64,000 bases of DNA. Source: Sphyrna mokarran. Its lineage: Eukaryota. Both the position numbers and the translations under genes were made by a program. The stretch spans positions 97,216,001-97,280,000 of the forward strand of contig JAGIQG010000008.1 of assembly GCA_024679065.1 (NCBI GenBank), in the 5' to 3' direction. Below the pieces are notes generated by a model that was given only the letters and a program-made list of their open reading frames with translations, searched no databases and was not told where the DNA came from. Positions 53,556 to 64,000 of this stretch are shown piece after piece; position 1 is the stretch's first letter; the number at the start of each line of letters is the position of its first letter.

Positions 53556-53672
53556 AAGCAGAAGTTCGTTGGTCAATTTCATCAATAGTCGGAAGCGTGA
53601 TTGGGAGTATTATTATTTCTGTTGCCCTAACAGCACTTGGAATTTTCTTCTATATGCGGTTCAAACATAAAG
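53556..53672 (+). CDS. Gene B exon 4: transmembrane segment
   Basis: ttttacAG|AAGCA to AAAG|GTAAG; 117 nt, phase 1-1. EAEVRWSISSIVGSVIGSIIISVALTALGIFFYMRFKHK: hydrophobic helix plus basic stop-transfer. Confidence 0.88.
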
Positions 53673-55634
53673 GTAAGGCTGCATTCTGGGCATTGTGTGT
53701 CAATTTGGACAGTTTAGGGAATAGCCTTGAGAGTGATGACACCAAAGGAAATTTGGCTTATGTACTGGGGAGGGAAGCTGTACATTGAGAACTTTTACTG
53801 CTGGTTGGTTGCTGTTATTGTAGCAAATTTGTGCATCTTCTGGTTAATCAATGGTATCTCAAATTTGCTAGCATTTTGTTTTTTGCTTCTGCTTATGGCA
53901 GTTCCAGCCAAATTTATAGGCATGTTGGCTTTGAAATCACTCCACAGGCTTGGAATGCCAATACATAATTGTTTCTGTATTGCTACAAAAAGAGAAACTG
54001 TTGAAGCTTTTTGTTTTGCGCTCATCAAGATAAAATCTCAAGAATGACAAATTTCAAAGGGAACTATAATTTATCATGAAGAAAGAGTGCCAATTGATTG
54101 GCAGGTGAGCATTGATTGTTGGAAGTGTTGCCGTGAAGAATGCACCGATTAACAGTTTGCAAGTTTTAGGTTAAATTGAAACTAGCCAAGTCGATTTTGC
54201 GCATGGCGTTTCTATGAGAATACACCCCTCACTCCCAAGCTTTTCTTTCGTTGAAAAAGATGCAATGCCCTGGACTTGTTTTTTTTTTACAAAGGACATG
54301 ACCCTCTGTGATTGTGTGAATAGCTGTAGTTTCTGGTAAGAGTGAGCCCCATTGTAAACCACCACCACCACCACCTACCCCTCTCCCCACTGCAACAGAT
54401 GACCTTGAAATGATTGAAACAACACAGTTTGGATTGTTAAATAAGTGCTGCTTGATTCCAGAATTACACTTAATGTTTGACCCTGTTTTCTGAGTTTTGT
54501 AAGCACTCACTGATTGAGTGCAGTTCATATTCTGCCTGTTCAGAATAACCAAATGTATGTGCTGTTTGATATGATCCACCAGATATTGGAATATAAGGCC
54601 TGGCATCTCACTGGCATAGGAACTCAAATCACATTACTCATTAATCTTTTTGGCTTGATGGCAGCATCCTGTTAGTGGTGAATACCGCTCATTGCTACTG
54701 CATGAAAGTGGCTTGAAACAGCTAGCTTCACCTGTTCAAATTCTTCTGATACCTTGTCCTTCCAGGGCACCAGAATTGTTAACCTTGAGGCCTATTCTTG
54801 AGTTTGTCGGCAAGCAATGGCACGATCAGGGTAGCCGCTTTTCTGCAGGAAAGCTTTTATGTGGCCTTTCTTGGCATCAAGATTTCATGAGCATGTGGCT
54901 TGGGATTTATTACTGAGGTTGCCAAGAAGACAGATCTTGTAGGGTTTGGAGCTGTTGTGTATCGACATGTATATTCATCAGAGAAAGTAGGTTTGTAGCA
55001 ATCGTAGTAAAAATAGGTAGTAGACAACTGGCAGATTTCTCAATTAAAAAATTTAAAGAAAGGAAGCTCATTAGATTGTTCTACTTCAAAGGTGTATTTG
55101 AATGTGGCATGGAGCCCATTAAGATGTTTAAGGAAATTCTTACCTGCAGCTTCAAATATAGCAAATGTATCATATACTTCTCAGAAGTATGAATGTGGTA
55201 GGTAGTAAGGGGTCATTCTCTTGATGCATTTTTCCTGGAAACCAACAAAAATGTTAGCAAGAACTGGGTCTAGAAGTGATAAAGTTGAACTTAGATGCAT
55301 AAGTGGCTCGGTTTATAAGTTCAATGAATGTTGTGGGGAATTTATTGAATTCATAAATATGTATTTTTAAGTTTGAGATAAATTCCATCTAATAACTTGA
55401 ATATCTCTTTCTTCAGTGTTGTTGGAACTGCAGTTATCCAGGCAAGTAGAGATAGTCCTTCTCACTCCTAACTTGTGTCTTGATGACTACATGATTCTTG
55501 AGAAATTTTTCAATTTTCTACTTCATTGCATGAACAAATCTTTTTAGTGAAAAATGATCCTGTGACCGTTGTTCCCCATGGTTCACTGCATCCATGTTTA
55601 TACAGGTTGCCCAAGATGCACAGAAAGTTTTTTT

Positions 55635-56265
55635 AAAAATTCATTTATAGGAAGTGAGCTTTGGCTAGACCAGTGTTTATTTCTCATCTTTAATTGTCTT
55701 CAAAAGGGCGGTGATGAATTGCCATTTTGAACTGCTGCAGTCTCTATGGTGTAGATACACCCACAGTGCTGTTAGGGAGAGTGTTCCAGGATTTTGCCCC
55801 AGTGACAGTAAAAGAACAGTGATATTTCCAAGTCAGGATGCGATGTGATTTAGAGGGAGCTTCCAGACGACTCTGTTCCCATGTGACATGCAGTCTTATC
55901 CTTATGGATGGTAACAGTTGTGAGTTTGGAAAGTGATGCTAAAGGAACCTTGGGGGTGTTCTGCAGTGCATCCTGTAGAAGGTACACATCACTGCCACTG
56001 TTTGTTGGTAGTGGCAGGATTGAACGTTTGATCCCAATCATTGTCCAGTTTCTTCAGTGTTGTTGGAACTGCAGTTATCCAGGTGAGTAGAGATAGTCCA
56101 TCTCACTCCTAACTTGTGTCTTGTAGATGGTGAATAGAATTTAGGGATTCTGGAGTTGAGTTACTTGCCACAGGATTCCTAGCCTCTGACCTGCCCTTGA
56201 AGTCACTGTATTTAAATGACTGCTCTAGTTTCTGGTCAACTGCAATCCCCAGAATGTTGCTAGGA
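55635..56265 (-). mobile_element. LINE 3' fragment
   Basis: Homologous to 12800-13275 and to parts of 10640-12020. Confidence 0.6.
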
Positions 56266-56675
56266 GATTTAGAGCTTTATGCATTATCTTGACTGGTTCA
56301 GCACAACATGAATTGGCCAAATGGTTAAATGAAGTATTCTGATAAATACTTTAGCTTCATAAAAATTAACAAGACCTGATGAGTGCAAGATGAAAAGCCT
56401 TTACAGTATATTCTCCTGGCCAGCAGCGATAATTATTTTTGTTGTATCTCATTTATTCTTTAATGATCTATTATATTTTAAAATTTCTTCTATGCTCCAT
56501 TACCAAAGATCTGCCTGTCTAGCACCCTTTCCAGATGTTCTTTATATTTATTCTCCACATCTTGAAGCTTCTGAAATAAAAGCAAAATACTGTGGATGCC
56601 AGAGATCTAAAATAAAATACCGGAAAAATCTTTCTGAATGATCCAACTTGAAAATGCTTTTTTTTTTATTCCTAG

Positions 56676-57098
56676 TTGTACCAAAAGTGTCACAAATTCA
56701 AAGACCCGCGCAAGTTGTACACAAAGAACTTGCAGAGTTTGTATGCCAAGTGTCTGGATATCGACCCAATGTTATTACTATCAGCTGGTATTTGCAGAGA
56801 CACAATGACAATGAATTGAAGTTGATCGCTGAATGGCAAGAAAACTACATATTCCATTTCCCTTTCATCACTGACAGGAAACTAGACAGGACTAGTAGTA
56901 AGAAGGAAAATGATAAGGCATGGAAAGTCAGGGCAGTTGGTTTCCAGAAAAATAATGATGGAACATTCAGCGTTTCCAGCGTTCTTGAGGTTTATCCTGA
57001 CATCAATGTGGACAATAATGCACAAATCATATGTAAAGTGGTGCATGCATCTGTCAGTGAAGGCATCACCAGAGCGATTGACTTACAAATTAAGGGAG
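56676..57098 (+). CDS. Gene B exon 5: post-TM IgC1 domain with a long internal insertion
   Basis: Polypyrimidine cctAG|TTGTA to GGAG|GTAAG; 423 nt, open, phase 1-1. FVCQVSGYRP...ISW...NNDGTFSVSS...IICKVVH. Confidence 0.9.
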
Positions 57099-59311
57099 GT
57101 AAGCTTTTAATCAAAATCTACTGTTCCATTAGGTGGAACTTCTGAACTCTTTCCAGTCTCCACTGTTTTGTGTCGTAAATTAATGATTTTAAATTAATGA
57201 TTAATGATATTTGCAGCAACATTTTATGGTTGTCCACATGTTTCTCTAGTTGAATGTTGCCATGGTGTTTCAGTGAGGTACCTGAGAGTGGGCCTCATGA
57301 CAAAGTTTGCCCTTCTCTCATAGATGACTGTGTTAAAATTACACATGTTGTAGTAAAATTATCCATCTAGAATTCTAAGTGTTTTAAAATTATATGATTG
57401 CTAACTTAAGAAATAAAGCTTTACGAAATTGAAAAGGTAAATTGGAGGGATAGCAGCACTGAAATGTTCAATATAGCATCAATAGATTAGAATATATCTG
57501 GAACCAAGGCTGTGAAAAATTGTGGAGGGAAGGGGGGAGAACTACAGCAATCCAGTAGAGAACAGAATGGAACTTAAGAAAAGTCTTTGGTCAACAGTTA
57601 CCAACGACAAGGTATAAAACATGTTCCTTTGTAATTTAGTGTTTCCTCCTCTAACCCTAATGCCAAATGCAGTCTTATAGATTTTTTCCATTAATAGCAT
57701 TATGATTTTTGTTAATTTAAGGCACAAAGTAGAAAAGGAGTGTCCTACCTTAAATTATATATTTTTAAAAGGAAATAATATAGACTTCAATATTATTTTG
57801 TAACCGTTTTGCAGCTTTTCTGGCCCTTGCACCCCTTCCATCTTTTTTTTAATGTTTTGATTTTCTATCACACTCTAGCTCTAATTTTGTCATACATCTT
57901 TTCAGTTTATCTTTTATCTCCACTCCTTCCTTTGTTGCATTGTTTTGAATCTCATTTAACATTTGAAAAATCTTCTGCTGATCCATGGTCCTATTTACCA
58001 ACTTAAAATCATACCATCGTATTACCCAATTATTCTTGTGTCTCTCTGAGATGTTGACATATTTCATCTTTACTATTTGCTGGCCTACTTCAGTTCACAG
58101 AAACGTTTGTCTTCTTTTCCTTAACTTTATCCATATAGATTTTGTTCTAACTTAAGCCTTTAAAATATCCTTGTATTTTAACAGTGGGATAGAATGCTTA
58201 ATGCACACTCAACCTCACTTTCTTCCGTCTGCATCTCTCCTGAAGAAGTTTCAGCAGGAATGTTAAGTTCCCAGTTTGTCCAAACCTTAAATAATTTTGA
58301 TTATAGCTGCTATATCATATTCATAAGCTACCAGTTCATTCAGTTTATTTTAATGATTTGTCCATTTGTTTACATACCAGTCAATTTTGAGTCCAATTTT
58401 CTTTTTGTTTTTTTTCTTTTTCCTATTATAAGTTTTTTGCTATCTTTTTATTCTTTTTGCTTCTCATTACCTCAAAGCCCCTTTCTCGTTTAGCATTTTA
58501 CCATTACATTTTCCCAATTAAGCCTTCTGCTTCTACTCCAATGGCTTGTCCCCCTCTAATCTCAAGCCTATTTTTCTTATCACTTCCTCAACATACTTGT
58601 TATATTCTTCTTGCTAACCTATTTATCCTCTTCACAAGGATGTTGGTGTCACTTTGGATGGGATGAAGGCTCCTTGGCTTCAATTTGCTCCCTTCTGTGG
58701 CTTTGGTGCTCAAGTTGGACATGCTGTCCGTTTTCAAACCCATTGACTTTGGTTTTTAGCTGCAAATAAAAAGCTATTTATTGATAGACTAGGAAATAAC
58801 TGGATGATTGTTAGAGAATATGAGGTTATTTATCTGATTTTAATCTGCTCGAAGTGATTCTCAGCAAATAATGCAATTGAGTTATTGGAAGTACCCCCTT
58901 TTGCCTGCCTCTCCCTACTTTCCCTCTATTCCATCACATTTACAATCTCCGGTTTTTGTCACTGCCCTGGTGTCAGAGATGAGATTCTGACCAATTTTTT
59001 TCCCCCCATTAGCAAAGAAGTCAAGAATTTTGGAGCAGTTTCGGGCTGGGAAAGCTGTTGAGGTTAGGTCAGGTTGAATATTTCAGAGTTAAGGTTGATA
59101 GATTTTTGTTGGGCAGGATCATTGAAAGAAAGCATTGTTAAATAATGTCCTTTACAATCTCATGACATGCCAAGGCTCTTTACAGCCAATGAAGTACTAT
59201 TGAATTATAGTCTCTGTTGTAGTTATGGAGTCAAGACGAATGGATGGGGGTATATGATGTGACAAGTGAAGATGTTCACTTCAACAGAAAGAATGAAAAA
59301 AAAGAGAATTA

Positions 59312-59608
59312 AGTTTAAAGTTTATTTATTAGGGTTATACGTAGGCTTACATTAACACTGCAGTGAAGTTACTATGAAAATCCCCTAGTCGCCACACTCT
59401 ACTGCCTGTTCGAGTACACTGAAGGAAAATTTTGCATGGCCAATACACCTAATCACGTCTTTTGGACTGTGGGAGGAAACTGGAGCACCCGGAGGAAACG
59501 CACGCAGACACCAGGAGAATGTGCAGACTCTTCACAGATAGTGACCCAAGCCAGGAATTGAACCTAGGTTCCTGGCGCTGTGAGGCAGCAGTGCTAAGCA
59601 CTTTGCCA
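59312..59608 (-). mobile_element. V-domain SINE
   Basis: Head, V core and tail on the minus strand. Confidence 0.85.
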
Positions 59609-59609
59609 C

Positions 59610-60300
59610 CAATCCACCTCATTTATTACTTAAATGGCTGCACAACCCTGAGGTATAGAAGGATCTAGATTTTCTAGCACATAAGTCTCAAAAAGTTAAT
59701 AATTAAGAAATTAAGAATATTAATGGAATTATATCCTTTAGTATATGAGGAATTGAACATTAAAATAAGGATTTTATGGTTCAGTTATAAAGGATATTGT
59801 TGAGACCTCATCAAATAATCTGTGCAGTTCAGAGGAGATTTGTCAGATTGATACCAGGAGTGAGTGTGTAATTCGGAAAGGTTAGACAGACTGGACCTAT
59901 TTCCCCTGGACGTTAGAAGATGAGAAGTGAGCTGAAGATTTTAAACAGTTTTGACCAGGGGGTTGTGTAAAGCATGTTTCCTCTTGTGGGTGAGTCTAGA
60001 ACTGGGGAGCACAGTTTTAAAATCAGGGGGTTTCCCTTCTAGGAGTGAGGTGAAGAGAATTATGTTTCTCTGAGGGTTGCGTGTTTGTGAACTGTCTGTT
60101 TCAGAAGAGTCATTGAGTGCCAACTTGAGTACCAAAGCCATAGCTGGGTCATTGAACATCTTTAAGATGGAATTTGATAGATTTTTGTTGGGTAAGGAAA
60201 TTTTGTTGGGTAAAGATTATTGGGCATAGAGGGGAATATGAAATGTGAAACGTAACAGGTTTAAGGGGTGAATGGCTAACTTTTCCTATTTTATATGGAG
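59610..60300 (+). mobile_element. Degraded CR1 3' fragment
   Basis: QLYRILLRPH-like and QRRFVRLIPG remnants. Confidence 0.6.
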
Positions 60301-60680
60301 TTAAGCTAGTGAACACCGATATCTAATTGGATGGTGGAATATATAGCTGGTCCCATGTTTCCAATTCCCTCCTGAGTGACGTTATCTTTTTGTTATGCTT
60401 GTCCTGAATTTGGAATGGCATTGCTGGTGTGTCGGAGGATTGGTACATGTGATAAAAACAAGAGCAGCAGCATGGTTAGGATGCAGGAGGTAGAACAGAG
60501 AGCAGATCACTTGTATAACTTACAGGGAAATAAAAAGGCTTAAAATAATGGACACAATATTGTTTGCTTAATACATAAATAGATAATATCCTCTAATTAT
60601 AAAAAGGTGAAGCAATAACATTTATCTTGAGAAGTTGTACCATTAAAACTGAATGCTTTGTGTTTTTTTTTCCTCTTTAG

Positions 60681-61043
60681 TTCCTCCTAAGTTGGCTAAC
60701 ATAATTAAGCCTCCAGTTGTGCACCATAACAATTCTGTGATGCTGGCTTGTCCGATAAATTTCTTCAAGCCACGTCCTCTGAAGATCATATGGTATAAAA
60801 TAGTAGATGGAGAGAAAATCCCTTTGCTGAAGCACAACAATGGAGTTGAAGAGAATTTCTGTTTCAGCAAATATACCCATCATATGGTTAAATTTGATTA
60901 TCCTGACCACACTCACAGTGTCTGCAGCATGCTGCTCTTTACTGCAACAATCCAAGAAGATGAAAACAGTCAGTATTCCTGTGAAGTTGGACACATTGGT
61001 TTGAAAGATCCAGTGGAGGAATCTGTTCAACTGAATGCAAAAG
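60681..61043 (+). CDS. Gene B exon 6: second post-TM IgC1 domain (gene continues beyond the window)
   Basis: tctttAG|TTCCT to AAAG|GTAAC; 363 nt, open, phase 1-1. LACPINFFKP...IIWY...YSCEVGH. Confidence 0.9.
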
Positions 61044-63701
61044 GTAACAGAAACATTTTGTTGATTTTTTTTATATAATGTATTGGTGCCTTCCTTCTTC
61101 TAACATTGCTACGAGGAATTTCGATATGAGGGGATAGAACAAACATCTATTTTGGGCATCTGTTGTCAGGATTAAGCATTTCCAAACATTTAATTGAATG
61201 GATATGAGCAACTATTGCAAATTTGATCACTTCTTATGTTAGTCCTCTGTGGCCTTTCTGTGAGAAAGTATTCCCTGGATCCTGACCATCAGGTATTGAG
61301 CTGACTCCAACTTTGTTTGTGTAGAATGTATAGGGCATTAAAAGGGAGAAATAATCTTTTTTTTTCTTTGAATGTACTTAAATATAGAGATGAAAGTATA
61401 ATGTGCTAAATCATGACGCTACCTTATTCCAGACTTCTAGATTACAGATAACCTCCATAAATTTGTATGAATCCAAATTTATTAAAAAATTTCATCCAAA
61501 TTTCATAAAGAATTATTCTTGTAATATAACACATGGAGTACTTTTGTACATCATCGGAGGAAAAGGGCTAATGTTACATTTGTGGTGTGAGGTGTTTCGC
61601 CTTGACACATGAAGCAAGCCTGAATCAACTAGGCTTGTACTCACTGTCATTTAAGAGAACGATGAGAGGGGTTCTCATAGAAAGAAAAAAAGTCCTGATG
61701 GGACTGAACAGGCCAGATGCAGGAAGAATGTTCCCGATGTTGAGGAAGTCCAGAACTAGGAATTACAATCTTAAAAATAACATCTATTAATATTGCAGTG
61801 AATTTTCACAACAGGCACACAAATGACACTGATGAGAAAAAGCTGGTAAGTGAGAGTTATGTCCAGGTTGAAAGCCGTATTGTTTGGGGTGGAGGTCAGA
61901 AGTAGCATTCCAGCATGTGCAGGTTGCTTGTATGTATCCTACTTGCTCCCTTCAGTGCTGATGTCTGTGTCAGCAGTGAAATGTCATGGATGTAGATGGA
62001 CATCTTGGAATTTGGTGGAAGGCATGTCGCTGTATAGATGTGAAAAAGATAGTGCTGCAGAATACTGCTCTGCCTCATGGCCCCGCAGTCGCTCACAATT
62101 CCAATTCCATTAAGGCAGCAATTTTTCAATTTACTGTCATTTTTTTCTATTATCTGTTTATCATAGATATTTTTCTATTCAGATTTCCCTTTTTTTTAAG
62201 CCAGCTTCATGAAGCTTTTGCTTTCCTTGCAAGTGGTGAGGTTCCGCTTTCTGTCTTCACTGTTCCATAAGATGTGTTAGCCTTGTGCTTTTTTTTTTGA
62301 AGGCTTGCTTTCAGTATTCGTTGGTTTCTTTCATTTCATCAGGTCTTTATTATTGCATTGATATTTGTGAGAACTTGCTTTGTACATAATGATCTTGGAC
62401 ATGTCAGAGTCATTTAAGTTCAGCCTACCATCCATAAGGTGTTGAAAAACTGCAAAGAATGTTAAAAGTGTGCTGACCTTTCTGGGAAACTGCAGCTAAT
62501 ATCCATGCATCCATTGTGCAACCCAGAAGGAGAGAATTGTGGGCATGTGCAACATAAACCCACATATCATCAGTCATCCAACAACAGAGGTCACCAGCTT
62601 CGACCTCCAACAAGACAGTGGATGGCACTCAATATTGTGTGTGCACAATGAGGGGCAACCTGGGGTGCAATTGTGACCATCAGTTCCTGTCAATGGATCC
62701 CATCGCAACAGTTCTTCCACTAATATCTATTACAGGAGGCATCCCATTTCTCTTGGCAGTGGAATACATTGCAACAACCTTTCCACTGATACCTGTTGCA
62801 GGAGGCATCTCATTTCTCCACTCAGAAGCCACTGAATAGACAGTAAAACCAAACATCTCATTATAAGCTGTCCTTGTCATACAACAATAATAATAGTGAA
62901 AAAAATGGAAAATTGTTGTGATAAGAAAGCTCAGTGAGATGGAACTAATGCCCTTACATAGAGTTGATTCTATACCTTAACTTAGAATGGTTAATGTTGA
63001 TGGAACACAGTGGAAAATGGTATTGCGAAATCTATTCCCTTCATCGTTAAGAATCCAAACTTGAAATAATAATCACATCTCTTCTTTTCACAGCTGCTAG
63101 TGGATCTGCTGTTTATTTCTAGTGTTTTCTATTTTCAATTCCAATATCCCATCTCTTTTACGTTATGTTGTAATTTATTCTATCAACATCACTAAAAACA
63201 TACCATCAAGTCTTTATTGCATTGATGTTTGTGAGAACTTGCTGTACAGGAAGACACAAGAGTGTTGAAAGCTCGCAATTTTACTATCAAATAAATCGGT
63301 TGGATTAAAAATTGGTGTTGCTAAATTCTTACACAAATTGATTGCCATATTTCCTAATTACAGTAATCAGTTGGAAAACATTTTGATGGTTTAAAAAAAA
63401 ATTCCTTTCCCATTCTGAATAATAATCAATCTCCTTCTGCACCGCCAGCCTCAAACTGTCTCTGAGTTAGAAAATCTAAGATCCAGTCGCAGAGGGAGGA
63501 GCTGAGCCCTAGGCCACAGAATTTGGCGATGAGTTTTGTAGGAATAATGATGTTCAAGATTGAGCTGTAGTCAGTAAATAGGAGTCTGACATAAGAGTCC
63601 TTGTTACCAGGTAGATGAGGGTTGAGTGTAGGGCTGAGGAGGTGGTATCTGCTGTGGACCTATTGCAGCGATGGACGAACTTCAGTGGATCCAGTCAAAT
63701 G

Positions 63702-63972
63702 CGTGGCACAGTGACACATTAGTTAGCACTACTGCGCCTCAGCATCAGGGACCCGGTTTTGATTCCTGGCTTGGGTCACAGTCTGTATGGAGTTTGCACA
63801 TTCTTGTCGTGGCTGCATGGGTTTTCTCAGGATGCTCCAGTTCCTCCCATAGTCCAAACACGTGCTAGTTAAGTGCAGTGACCCGAACAGGCACCGAAGT
63901 GTTGCAACTAGGGTAGTTTCACAGTACCTTCATTGCAGTGTTAATGTAAGCCTTATTTGTGACTAATAAATA
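63702..63972 (+). mobile_element. V-domain SINE
   Basis: Head GTTAGCACTACTGCGCCTCAG, V core, (AATA)n tail. Confidence 0.8.
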
Positions 63973-64000
63973 AATGTTAGTTTATAACTATAACTATATT

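Noticed and set aside
57780-58666. Hydrophobic ORFs as a second transmembrane exon between exons 5 and 6
   Set aside because: T-rich low-complexity, LINE-like antisense sequence; no matching splice pair found.
345-61043. Ig exons as a rearranging antigen-receptor locus (Ig/TCR/IgNAR) or MHC genes
   Set aside because: The V exons encode the complete domain including the G strand and end in splice donors; no RSS or J segments and no peptide-binding domain exons were seen. Motifs fit B7-H6 better than tapasin or SIRP.

Overview
Eukaryotic, repeat-rich vertebrate DNA. The CR1 LINEs plus tRNA-derived V-domain (HE1-type) SINEs point to a cartilaginous fish (inferred). The window holds two divergently transcribed, intron-containing B7-H6 (NCR3LG1)-like immunoglobulin-superfamily genes, and both run off the window ends. 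Gene A (minus strand) has two paralogous leader exons (26928-27039 and 16596-16695), an IgV exon (10112-10450) and an IgC1 exon (345-674). Gene B (plus strand) has leader (37904-37967), IgV (49117-49470), IgC1 (51116-51442) and transmembrane (53556-53672) exons, then two further intact IgC1 exons after the TM segment (56676-57098, 60681-61043). All are joined in frame by phase-1 GT-AG introns. The main oddity is the predicted V-C1-TM-C1-C1 topology: either cytoplasmic Ig domains or a splice-switchable membrane anchor. The rest is mostly transposon debris: many CR1 LINEs (some young, some nested), SINEs, a decayed class I endogenous retrovirus with env, a Ty1/copia RNase H fragment, a gypsy remnant and a Harbinger element. 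Exon boundaries were read from splice sites; repeat boundaries are approximate; family assignments rest on motif recognition, not database searches.
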